NCBI GenBank assembly: GCA_973895155.1
Contig: OZ316892.1
Coordinates: 19,197,457-19,261,456 of the forward strand
Length of the DNA stretch: 64,000 nucleotides
Direction of reading: 5' to 3'
Source: Marsupella aquatica
Lineage: Eukaryota; Plantae; Marchantiophyta
Below, one piece after another: positions 48,772 to 60,769 of the stretch; the first letter of the stretch is position 1; the number at the start of each line of letters is the position of its first letter. The translations under genes and the position numbers were made by a program. The notes under the pieces were generated by a model. The model saw only the letters and a list, made by a program, of their open reading frames with translations, made no database searches and had not been told where the DNA came from.

Positions 48772-50511
48772 ATGTTAGAGAACTTTAGTTCAAGCGTTAC
48801 TTGTAAGTTACCTGGGCCGTCTCACCTTGCAAGGGCTTGTACATATCCTCCAAGTGAGGTCATTTGTTCTTGTGCTTGCTTGACACCAGACTTGCAGGGA
48901 CTCAATCAACACTTGGGAGATAACATAATGCATATGCATTATGATTCTTCCCATGAACTAAAGCATTGCCCTCGAGAGCCTGCAGGTGAGGACAGTGCAT
49001 ATTATGGAAATGTATTTCAGGACAATCATTGTAGGAGGCATTTCTATCAGATAAATGGGACACAAGACTCCAATGCAAAATTTTTACAGCAAACAAAACA
49101 ATCAACAACAAGAAAACCTCAAATGAAACGAGACCCATGGATTCCACCTGGAGCAGGTAGGCCAAATTTCAATGGGAGGCAGACCCAGAAGTCCAGCTTC
49201 CTCAGGACAAGGAATATATCAAATCTATCCGAAGAGAGGCTGTCATATATTCACAACAAGCCTCAAAAGAAGGTTTCCTTGAAGTTTTTTGGAAACGTAA
49301 AAGACTTAGAGACTAGACAAAATATATGCAATGCTCATTCACAACCTATAGCAAAGCGAATAGTTGCTTGTGTTGGAGTTGACCAGCAGGCGCTGGGACC
49401 AGGGAATGCTTGTCAATGCGTTGGTGTACAAAAAACCTATCTTCCCACTATTCCTTCATGCACAACAGAGGACAATTTGGGCAAGAAGACATCAATCCAA
49501 GTTGACCTGGAATTTGGAGAGCAACCAGATATTTGTGGCTTGAAGGAAAGTATGAGTGATTTGGAACCCTCAATTTCAGGTCCCCTACCTAATATGGCTC
49601 CTCAAATTTGCAATACTCTCAAAGAGTGTGAGGATTGTCAACACAACCCATGTAGTGAACAAAGTGGCCATTGTCTTCTAGATTTGCATCCACCAAATAC
49701 ACACGGATCAAATGTGAGCAATGCATGCAGAGAATGTGAATTGATATTAAACCCGCATAATATGGCTGACGATAACAGGATGACTATTCCTATACATTTC
49801 CATCCAAGACCTGGAGTGGGCTCTGAATTGGATAACGAGAGAATATGCCCTTCTCTAACTTTCAATGAAGAAAACAATTTCCCTTCAAGCTTGTATTCAA
49901 GACCCATGGTGGAATTTAACATCACCAATGCACATGGAAAAAACAAAGAGTATTCTCAATACACTAGTCACTTTGACATGGCTAGTCTCCCTCCTATTTT
50001 ACAACCAAGACCTACAATGGATTGTGAGACGAATACATCTCGTGAAAATATGTTGGAGGATCAGGATTTGACCCGCATGTGTGACAAGAAAACCATGTCC
50101 CCAGAATCCTATGCAGAATGGACAAGAGATGGTCCATTGAGCAATACATATAATCTCAATAAAGAGGGTTTTGGAAACGTGGGCACTAACAACTTGAGTC
50201 AATCCCAAGGACCTATATTGAACTCTCAAACAAACAATACTCTTGTCAGTGAGTCCACACAAACTCAGATGGGCCCAAACACTGATAATTGGCATTGTTG
50301 GTCATGCTCAAGGCCCAAGCACCCAATTGTTGTTAGTGGAACAATATACAAACAGGCTTCAATCAATTCTAGCACTAACCAAGATCCACCTCCCCCCACA
50401 TTTGGTGGAACAAATGGTAACAAGCAGGTTGTGGTCAATTCAAGTGGCAACAAAGACCCTTCTACAATAGACAATACAAAGAGGAATTATAAAAAGGGGT
50501 TTTGTTGCTAA
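48772..50511 (+). CDS. Hypothetical low-complexity Cys/Asn-rich 579-aa ORF, possibly a spliced continuation of the ORF1-like gene
   Basis: Long open frame with a degenerate knuckle near the start (CKLPGPSHLARAC), CxxC pairs (CEDC, CREC, CWSC) and repeated P.F/L(H/Y/Q)(P/S)RP motifs. No APE or RT motifs seen. Confidence 0.5.
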   Translation: MLENFSSSVTCKLPGPSHLARACTYPPSEVICSCACLTPDLQGLNQHLGDNIMHMHYDSSHELKHCPREPAGEDSAYYGNVFQDNHCRRHFYQINGTQDSNAKFLQQTKQSTTRKPQMKRDPWIPPGAGRPNFNGRQTQKSSFLRTRNISNLSEERLSYIHNKPQKKVSLKFFGNVKDLETRQNICNAHSQPIAKRIVACVGVDQQALGPGNACQCVGVQKTYLPTIPSCTTEDNLGKKTSIQVDLEFGEQPDICGLKESMSDLEPSISGPLPNMAPQICNTLKECEDCQHNPCSEQSGHCLLDLHPPNTHGSNVSNACRECELILNPHNMADDNRMTIPIHFHPRPGVGSELDNERICPSLTFNEENNFPSSLYSRPMVEFNITNAHGKNKEYSQYTSHFDMASLPPILQPRPTMDCETNTSRENMLEDQDLTRMCDKKTMSPESYAEWTRDGPLSNTYNLNKEGFGNVGTNNLSQSQGPILNSQTNNTLVSESTQTQMGPNTDNWHCWSCSRPKHPIVVSGTIYKQASINSSTNQDPPPPTFGGTNGNKQVVVNSSGNKDPSTIDNTKRNYKKGFCC

Positions 50512-52932
50512 AGCTAACACAACAAGTTTGACCAAAGTGACCTACATGGGGATGCTTACAATTCTGGCTTGACCCAATCTTATCAAACAAAGGCTTGGTT
50601 AACAACACACTCAATTTTGACATATCCATTTGGCGCCACACAAATTGACGTTTCCTGACAATCATCCACATTCTCATTGGTAAGTGCCAGTGTCTTGAAA
50701 CTAGTTTGTTTTTGATACAAGCTTTGTGAATGACATTCAATGTAAATTTACAATCTCAAAGTGGTGCCCATTCAGCTAGGCTCTTTCGATCCACCGGACG
50801 AAAGATCCATCTTTCGGTCCACCGGATGCCACCTCTCCATGTTTTGACTCCCTCGAACCGAAACTACTCCTGGCCCCCCTCTCCATCTTTTGGATCCCTT
50901 GAACAGGGACTACTCCTGGCTCCGGGCTCCATCTTTCGGTCCACCCCCTGGCCCCACCTCTCCATCAGGGCGTCTCAACCCTGCGCGTTCTAGGACTCCT
51001 TCCGGTCACCCGAATGTCTCTGGTCGCCGCCCGATATTGAACACCGGTACCCAATATCGGGTCCCAAAAAACCGGGGTCTGAACTTTACCTCGCACCTAA
51101 AAGGAGTCCCGGCACGGGGTTTTTCCAAAGCAAAATTGTAACCAAAAAAACCCGGTAAAAATTTTCCGGTCACCAAATCGGTGGGCCGACCACCTGATCC
51201 GGGCGGCCCGCGAGTGTGAAATCCCGGGTGCCATTCGGAATTCCAAATGCTTAAGTTTGAGACGCCCTATCTTTTGGCTCCCTCGAACCGAAAATACTCC
51301 CGGCCCCCCCTTCCATCTTTCTGCCCACCCTCGGACCGTCGCGGGGGCGCCCTCACCCCCGTTTCTAAAACCCTGCCGAACGTTCGACGGATTTCAGCCT
51401 TCGAGCACAGTGGTGGAGCTTCTCGATGTCGACCTCGACATTGCTGAAGCTCAATGCTCGACCTGCTCGACTCCATTATTGAACTGAAGCTCGACGTTAC
51501 CTACTCGACCTGCTTCTCGTGCTTGCACTGATCTGATTTAGGGCTCTGCTCGAAACCTTGAGGCACGTCGAGTGCGGCATTTTGATTCCATTCCCAGGTC
51601 AATTCACATTACTGAGCTGGGTCATCGAGCGTACAGGTTTCACAGAGATCTGTCCGCGTTGCGGTGTGGCCTGCTGCAAGGTGTTGAATCGAGGTGTGTT
51701 CGATGTGCAAGGTGATGAAGTAGCTCTACAAGGTGATCGCCTGTTGCTGCGATATTGTTCCGGTAAGCTAATGCGAGCAAATGAGCACATTGCTCGACCT
51801 GGCAATCACGATTTCCTTGAAGATGTAAGGACTTTTAGTAAGTCGACCCTCAAGTCTGTTCCCTTGCATTAAGATCGTCAGCTACGCTTCAGTGTCAACT
51901 AAATGCTCAAGTTCAAGTTAGGGTTTCGAATGTGATAAAGGCCCCGGGTCACATCGGATGGAAATTGTCATGGAAGGAGATTCGAGTAGCCTGAGTTGTC
52001 TCATCCTGAGGCTCCCGGCGAACAGTCGGTCACCACTTTAGAAAATCAATTGTCGATCTCAGAAGTTCAACGACACCTACTAGTTTAACCGAGGAGGATC
52101 ATGCCAATCCAAGCTTTAGATGACCATGAAATGTACAATTATGTATTGGAGAGTTATCATTTATATGTAATGATGCTCCTTACGGTGAGGGAAATTGGCA
52201 ATTCTAGATGAAAGTCAGAGCTGTGTTAATCCTAGCAGCTAAGCTGCACTTGAGAATGTGCAGTCTTTGAAACCTCGCACAATTTGTTCAGTTCTTCGAA
52301 ATTGCAGCACATAACTTAGACTCCGAGCCCAAGTTCCTTCTTGTTTCAATTTTGCGTTCATGATTCTCGGACATTCAACATAGAGCCCAAGTTTCATGCT
52401 GGTTTTCATTTTTTCATGATTCTCGGACATTTTAGCAGGGACAGGGGCAACAAATTTGCGACGGAGCCCTCGCGATACATCCCCAAAACTGCGACTCCTA
52501 GATGCAAAGGTGACCGTCGGCTGGTACTGTAGCAGCTCCAACGGCAGAGAGCCGTCGTCCGTTGTTTTTCAGCCGTCCTCAGAATTGACCTTTCGATGAA
52601 ACATATGGTACAACTACTTCACAGGAGGATGCAACTGAAGATTCCTCGGAGCCAGTTCTGAGGACTGAGGACTACAGGAGCGAAATGCTGTGAAATTTAT
52701 TCAGCAGAGGAGGGCATTCTAAGACAAAGTTCCAGCTCGTGTGAGAGAGCTCAAAGGCTGCCTCTAGCCTCTCGACTTGGCGCAGGGCAGTAAGAGCCGC
52801 CAACCCAAAAGGCTGACTTCAGCGTAGCCTCTGCTGACATTCACAGATGATTTCTTGTCAGACAGAACTGGCTTAGTTATCACTGCTCCTCGTCTTTATT
52901 TTGGTGCTTCCTCTGCTGGGCGCCGTGTGACG

Positions 52933-54982
52933 ATGTTCACTCAATCGGCTGTTCCGAGGACATTGCTCCGGCAGGGTTTGCATGGGCTGTTGGGGTCAGG
53001 CGAAGGAGTAGTAGGAGGGCTTGTGAGTGGCCAAGTGCAGAGGCTGCGATGGGTTTCCTTTGCAGGGTATTCAGCTGCACGCATTTCCCTGGACAGTGAT
53101 TGTCTCTCGAGAAGTTTTGGTACGAAAGCCAGGGGTCGGAGAAAGAAAGACGGAGAGATAGTCTCTGGGGAGGGTGTCAAACAGAAAGCTTCTAAGGCGA
53201 AGAGAGGATCTGTGGAGGCCACTGGAGCGCATATGTCTCCTGATGAAATTGCTGGCGCGGAGGATGCTGCCAGGGGTCCATCCACGGACAATTGCGGGGG
53301 TATACACGTAATTATAGGCCCCATGTTTGCTGGTAAAAGCACTGCGCTTCTGCATAGAGTCCAAGAGGAAGCAAGCGCTGGCAGGTATCCTCTTCAATTT
53401 TCTGTCATTCTTCGTTCCTCTGGTGAAAAGATGAGATGGTTCCGTTACTTGGCACATTGCAAAATCACATACTTAAGAGGGTCGTAAGGGTTTAGGATCT
53501 ATTTATCGAAAGGGTCTTGGGGTTGGGATTTTTGTGCAGGCTGTGCAAACTATAGCTGGAAGTTGCCTGTTTTGCTTTTCAGACCTCAATGTTAATCTCG
53601 TGCACTAGGAAATCAGGTCATAGAATGTCTCGATAAGATTTCCTTTCCAGGCATTTGAAGAGTCGTCATAAGATCACAAGTCAGCAATTTCAAGCATCCT
53701 GCACTCTCATGCTCTGGTGCTTCTTATTCAAATTTAGACTTGATATATATGTGGACCTCATGCGGCTTGAGGGACTTGGAAACTGAGAAACACCTGAATG
53801 TTTTGGTTCGTAGATGTCAAATGTCCAGTCAGTGCCTTCTTCAACGCATGTAGATAAGTGATTTCGTTTGTTCTGTTTTGATCACTTTGCAAGGTATGCA
53901 GGAAAGTGGTTCTGGTCAAGTCCGACAAAGACACGAGATATGGTCTGTCTTCTATCGTAACTCATGATGGCCTCCAAATGCCGTGCTACGCAGTGCCAGA
54001 TCTGGCAACTTTTAAAACCAAAGTAGGAGGCAAGTTTTATAAAGAGGTATGTCCGTACGGGCTTCTTCTACTATCTCCCTGTCACTTCCACAAGTTCTAC
54101 CTCTGAAAGCTCATGCAGAAATCGAACATAAATCGAATAGAAATCGTGCATATTATCTGTCTAAGAGGTCAGACCTCTGTTTCTCATTTTGCTTCTGTGG
54201 GTTTCTACAACTTGCCTTCCTGTGGCAGCTGGATGTCATAGGTATTGATGAAGCACAGTTTTTTACCGACCTGTATGAATTTTGTCAACACGCTGCTGAC
54301 TTCGAGGGCAAGACAATAATTGTCGCTGGCCTGGATGGAGATTTTTTGAGGTGAGGATTGCTAATTCACCACCAAATTCATCAGTTATACTTGCTCATGC
54401 ATTACTCACTATCCTTATTAGGAATGCAAGACAAGTATAAACAGGACTGTTCATTTTTCATTTTAGACTACAAATGCTACTGGCGCAATCGAACGGTTCT
54501 TTTGTATACAGCGTGAATTGGTTAATGATAAGTTACCTAAGAGATTAGAGTTTTGTCCTATTGCTGAGAGCTTACTTTGCTACTTTATTCAGGTTCCATT
54601 GTGCTCTTTATCTGGATTCAGGGTTTGACCCCACAAGTTTTGGGTGTGAGTATCAGTCAAACATGAAAAGCCTCCTGATCAATTCAAGTTCTTGAGTGTA
54701 CTGATCCTTTCGTATGACCTTTGTAGACGAAAGTTTGGATCGACGCTCGATTTGATACCAGCAGCGGACAGCGTGGTGAAGTTGTCGTCACGGTGTGAGA
54801 TTTGTGGACGTCCTGCGATCTTTAGCTTTCGGAAAACATTAGACACACACACAGAACTGGTAGGGGGAGCAGATGTGTACATGCCAGTTTGCAGGCAACA
54901 CTTTGTCAATGGTCAGATTGTTGTTGAGACAGCATCCACTGTGATTGGTGCTCGTCAAGTGGCTCAAATGAACAATGAGTAG
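52933..54982 (+). CDS. TK1: Thymidine kinase (TK1 family) with an N-terminal organellar-type extension; exons 52933-53384, 53902-54046, 54229-54350, 54727-54982
   Basis: P-loop [49 protein letters not shown], Zn sites CEIC and YMPVCRQH. All introns are GT-AG and phase-compatible. The roughly 120-aa Arg/Ser-rich leader suggests a transit peptide. Confidence 0.96.
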
Positions 54983-57900
54983 ACAGTTCATAAAAAGAGC
55001 AACGGATAGTTAATATATTTGGTGATCAATGGATTGTGCAAGTTTATCACAATCCTTAGTTATGAAGGTAACTGATATATCTGCCAAGCTGGAACCATTG
55101 AAAGGGATCGGTACCGGTGGCCTGTAGTTTAGATTAAACATGATATCCTCCTGTTCTGTCATCTCAGCTTTATGTACCGCAAGATGCGGAACTTTGGATA
55201 ACAGACCAGTCACCTCATCGTCCTGTTGCAGTTCCAATTGGAGATTCCAGCATCTTCCATTTGCTGCCTATGTTGAGTAGTGAAATTCGCCTGAAGTTTG
55301 GAACCTAGAAACACTTCTCTCCAAGTGCCATGGCAAAGAAGTGTTTTGCTCGTGTGCCACAGAAATTTTCCCTGTGGATTAATGACTTCTTCGAATTTTG
55401 TATGTCTTTAGCGTCAATCATTGCTACTCTCAATTATTACGTTTGTCTTTTGCATTGCCTTGAAAGAGTAGTAACGGAATCCATTTTACTCTTCAGCTTA
55501 GGAATTTTGTAATGTAAATTGGTAACCAACCAGTCTGAACTGTAAATAGTTGTGCATTTACTGAGGGTGATTTCACAAGATATTGGGGGGCATTGCTTCT
55601 TTCTATTCCCTCCAAGATTAAATTTGGACTCTACAATAAGTGGAGGCAATTGAAGTTTGCTTTACAAGAACTTGGGGGCCCATTTGGGTATGGTGTGTGC
55701 TGATCTTACATGGCAAAGCATTGGGGCCCAAGTGGATGGTGATGTGGAGTGCTTATTTTGTCTAGAATTTTAGACCACCTTTAGATTTAGTCCAAACATT
55801 TTCAAACTTTGGCCACTTCATTCAAGTTATTTGTATGTATTGAACTTCACTTAAAAAGGAAAATTGGTCCAAGTATGACCCTTCGAACAAGAAGTTGTCT
55901 TCCAGTTTGCTTTGGAGAAGAAAAATACAAGTGCCCCCTATGCCTTGTAAAGCCACTGTGTATTTTTGGCCAGTGAGAAAATGGGAGGTCCAGGGCTTTA
56001 CTCTGTATTCTTTAGCTTCCATGGTGTGTCCCACGTTAAGCTCACTAGTTCTGTGGGTTTTGAAGTCAGTAAGGTTCTCAAGTTAGCATGCATTGTGGAA
56101 TCTCCAAGTAAAGCTTGTGAAACAATTATACTAGCAAACGTTTTTGGGAACCCAAAACTCCTGCCTTTGCATCAGGGCTTAAAATCCAGGAGAATCAGTG
56201 CGTGAAACCCTAAAGCCTAAAGGTCAGACATGCAATTTGATGATGGTCCCAAGGTTTTCTTCACCCATTTGTGTCTAGCATTGAGATAAAGTGACAAACA
56301 GTGTTTTTTTAGTGACAACATTTTGCCAACCTCCACCTCAATCAAAAATCTTCCCCACTTTTGGTAAAACCCTACCCTCTGTCTTTCTGGTTGCCTGCGC
56401 GCCAAATCTACATTTTGGTATTGATGATGTTTAGGGTGTCTCAAACCTTCCAGATTTGGCTCTGGTCAAGGTCATGCAGGTTTCCTGGAAACCACTTGTG
56501 ACCAACATCCAAATCTGATACTTTGGGGCCTGATTTGTTTTTGCATCCCTTCAGGTTTGAGGCGCTCTATTGGGGTCATGCCCCTACATGGGTGCCACAG
56601 CATTTGCATCAATGCACTACACTGAATAGATCCTCATACCATCTGGGTTACACTCCTCCAAATGACTTGTCTTCTACCACAACTGCACCTATAAAGAGCT
56701 ACGGGTTACCCAAAGCTCTCATTACAAAGTGCACAGATCCACTTTCATTAGGAATGGACTTGAGCTCCACCTTTTGTGGTGAGTACACTCTTCAGAGGGG
56801 AGATAGGGAATAAGGCTTTTATATGGGCAGGTGTGATTTAAACAAACTCTAGCAATCACCTTAATTTGAACAAATGAGTTTACTAATTTATTTGTCAGTT
56901 TGGCATTAAAGTAAACAAAATCATTATGCCCTGTAATTACGTAGTTACTCCATTCCAAAGCTATGATTATGTTCCTTCATTGTTTCTATGCAATTTTTTT
57001 ATTAACAAATTATCCCTTGTTACTTTCATAACGGAAATTATACTGCTTTTGTTAAATGCCAAACACATACTTAATACATAATTTTCTAATACTCAATTGG
57101 TTCTCCTAAAACTTTCTCAAATGAAACTCTTGCTTGCGAGGGAGAGACACTGCCTGGGTGAGAGATTGCCACCCCTCCCAAGAAATGTTTCATGAGGTCG
57201 CCACCCCTCCTTAGGATACGCCATAATCTCAAGTTACCTAGAAACCTCAGGAGGGTTTAGGGCAGTGAAATTCTGCCAAATTCTTACCCCAGGCTCTGGC
57301 TAGTGACTATTACAAAGAAAAATATATAGATTCTGTGAGTAGAAATTGTCAGAAAATTACTTGGCCGATGGGGTAAATAGTCTGATATGACGCTACTCCT
57401 TAAATCTTGGGAGAATCAAAATGCTCATATAGCCTTGTAAGAAAAATCAGGGCAACAGGTACTTCCCAGTCCCCACCTACCCTCGTTCTCAGGCTTATAG
57501 AAAAACCCCTGGCTTAGGGATTAACCATTAAAAAACACTTAATCGGTTACTATTATCCTTGTATGTGAGTATTGGGACAGTCATAATTATTGGGACAGTC
57601 GTGGGTTTTGCCACTAGTGTAGACAGTTTATGTTTGACTTCTACAGTAACAGTCAAAGCGTAATCTTGCTGGGAAGCGTACCTTCCCAAAAGGACACGGT
57701 AACAACATTATCGTATCTCTGGCAGTGAAGGACTCAAGACCCTTTGGCACTTGTGGCGCAGAGTTCTAAAGTACAGTCTTTAATCCTTAATTCCTTATTG
57801 ACATGTAACCGGAGATCGGCTCCCAGCTGTTGCTTTACTAACCTGCAAAGTCTAGTCATATGGCATTTGAATGGTAAAAGCACTCCCAGTGGTCCGCTAT

Positions 57901-58679
57901 TGGCCCATGCTGGGAGCAAATGTAGGGTGACCAGCCCATTTTCTAAACCCCCAGTATGCGTTTTGGCCGGCCAGCCTCCCAAGACTGGCAATCCTTCCCT
58001 CCACAAGCTAGCTAGACAAGCCCTGCTAAGATGGATCGCCTACCTTGATCGGAGGTCTCTGTAGCTGCTCTGTCGAGTGCACTCGATGCTTCAGCTTTTC
58101 TTGAGGTTTGAACCGGCGCTAGCTATTTCTGGTGAGTGTGCAACACGGGATGGGTAGAGAACCCTTAGTCCCACTCAAGAACCCAGATGGGTGTGCACCT
58201 CACCGGCTCACTAAATCTCCACCAGGGCCAGGCTGTTTGTTGTATAGGTGGGAGTAATCTACACCCCCAAAAAAATCAATGACAATTAATTTTTATATTC
58301 CACCTCCCTAAAAAGTTTATTCCATTTTTTGACAAAAAATTAGCCAGGCTATAATATGGTTATTTGTACTGATCTAACATCTATCCTTAAATCTATGGAG
58401 ATATCACTGTTGTCTATAAATTTAGTAGCATTTTCTTGTTCAGAGCAAGATGAAAGTCACCACCGTGGGAAAACGTGAGATAAACCTTAAAAAACAAACT
58501 GCTCTAAATGTTTTGGCGGTGTGAGGGTCTGGAAGGGCAACACCAGATTTTAACTTGATGATTGCTCATACTTCACAATGGATCACCATAGACTGTATTG
58601 TACAGATCAGGGTCCTGGACACCACTATGGTATTTTATATGTCATTACAGGTACCACGGTGGGTACATTACTTATATCA

Positions 58680-58985
58680 AGGAGAGAAAAGAGGAGAGAA
58701 AAGAAGGGGAGGTGAAGAAAAGAAGTCAAGGTGAGAAAAAGATGTAAAGATCAGGAAAGGATGTCAAGGAGAGAAAATATGTTGAGGGTGACGGAAAGAT
58801 AAATTGTAGTGAGATCAAGATGTCAAGGTGAGCAAAAGGTAAGATCATGTCGAGTAGAGGAAAAGATATCAAGGAGATGTCAAAGAGAGAAAGAATGTCA
58901 GAGGTGAGAAAAAAATGTTGTGGTGAGATAAAAATGTCAATGTGAGAAAAATTGGTGAGATGAGAGAAACATGTCAAGATAAGGT
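58680..58985. repeat. Purine-rich degenerate repeat (GATGTCAAGGTGAGAAAAA-like units)
   Basis: Recurrent ATGTCAAG and GGTGAGAAAA motifs in an A/G-rich tract. Confidence 0.65.
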
Positions 58986-59889
58986 AAGGTAAGATTGTTA
59001 TGGTGGTGTTTCATAAATTGTTCATTGCACATAGAAATTGGAGACGCGAGATAACAGCCACCGTATCTATTCAACCCATGTTTATTCTTCTACCCAACTT
59101 TTTTTTGGCCTCCCTATTGTGTCCCCCCTCCCCCGCGCCCCTCCTATCCCCTTCCTTTCTTTCCCTTGTTTTCCCCTCTTTCCCCCTTTTTCTTCCCTTT
59201 AACACCATTAAAAGTATTTAAAAAGAGTAAAAATTGGGAAGAGTAAAAACCAAAGTAATTTAATGTCAATCTATTCTACTTCCCCTTAGTGCTCCCTCCA
59301 AAAACCATTATTTCAAGTGAATCTATTTTCACTTTAATGTTCCATGCCAAAATATATTTTAGATAGACCATACAATAATCTACTTCCACTTTAATACTCC
59401 ATGTCAAAAAGTACTATAAGTAAGCTACAAAATAAACCATGAACACATTCAAATACTCTATACTCTATGATATAATATACCTACTCTGTACTATAGCTTA
59501 TAACCCAATCTTAGATACTCTTTCTCAATCCAAGAATCTTATATAATTCTAGAAAATATCTGAAGGCTGAGTATTGTTCACTCTTTTTTCACTTTTGTAA
59601 CAGAAGATTGACTAAACTTAAAGGGATTAGTTTTTTAGTAATAAGATTATATTAGTACATATTCTTATGTTTTATGTTGAATTAATAGAATGTTTAATAT
59701 GATTAATTTGCCATTTCAATATAGTTTATGAAACTCGGCAAAATGAGTCAGAGATACAACATTATTTCAATGTTGTTTAGTATATATTCTACATCATACT
59801 TTTGGGTACCAAAATTGACCTATGAATCACTTTTGAAAGGCCTTTACAAAGAGGAGGAATATATCAAATATTGACAACTGTGAAAAGTT

Positions 59890-60760
59890 ATAAAAAATAA
59901 AAAAATATACACACTTTTTATATACAAAGGGACCAAACAGAGTACAAATGAACAAACAAAAGAGGGCCCAAGTGGACAAAACCAATCGAAAAAGAAGTGA
60001 GCAAAAGGGAACCACTAAACACCAAGAAAGAGGAACTAAAAGTAAGAAATGAACAATAGGGAACCCCTAAAAACCAAGAAAGAAAGAGAGACTAAAACTA
60101 ACCCAAGCGGACCGAGGTCCTCATCATTCCTACCGATTGTGGCAAAAAGCTAATGGTCCACATCAAGAGTCAAAACTAGATCGGCAAGTGGGATTGAAAC
60201 ATCCTCAAGGGGAGCTAGCCGCTGCGGAGGCACACTAGCACCCACTGTAAGAGATCGACGATAGATGGCCCGAGCTTGAGCACGCTGTAAGGTGACTGAA
60301 ATGCGTTGGCGAAAGTGCGTGGTCAAAATAGAAAGCGGGGGTCCGGTGGGACCCATTCGGCCATGAACATCCCGGGCAGCTTGCCGAAGAAGCCCATCAA
60401 ACTGAGGATGAAGACGCCCAAATAGCTCCACAGCAAGGGGGAGGAAGCTGTCGGATGAAGCTCGTGCAGCATATTTGGCCTCCTTCGTTGTTGTCGCACG
60501 TGACGCTGCTGCCCCTGCCGTAGTTGCCGCTGTCCCAATGATGTCTTGGCGCAATGGGTTTGCCACCACAACATCTGCCAAAGTACGTTGACCCTCACGG
60601 ACCATGGTAAGATCCACCCGTAACCGCTGTGATGGAGGACCAGGTAACTCGAGTACCACCTCCCGCCGCACGCATACCAAAGAGCCAGAGAGAACCTGAG
60701 CAGTCGCATCTCGCACAGCGTCGTGAACAATAATGGTTTCACCTCCCAAACTGCACCGAA
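59890..60760 (-). mobile_element. 5'-truncated CRE-clade (R2-group) non-LTR retrotransposon: restriction-like endonuclease domain plus 3' UTR
   Basis: ORF 60150 to about 60760: C-SLGGETIIVHDAVRD, RVDLTM...TLADVVVANP, TKEAKY, FLPLAVELFGRL, RQRISVTLQRAQARAI. This is the post-CCHC (R)HD, PD..D and K..KY RLE signature. GC-rich up to about 60760, then an abrupt AT-rich flank. Confidence 0.82.
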
Positions 60761-60769
60761 AAGACTTCA

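Noticed and set aside
52855-52932. Upstream TTG start for thymidine kinase
   Set aside because: The first in-frame ATG is at 52933 and nothing supports non-AUG initiation.
55600-58300. Short ORFs downstream of TK as genes or a DIRS/LTR element
   Set aside because: No motifs, termini or PBS that I could verify; probably old repeat-derived DNA.
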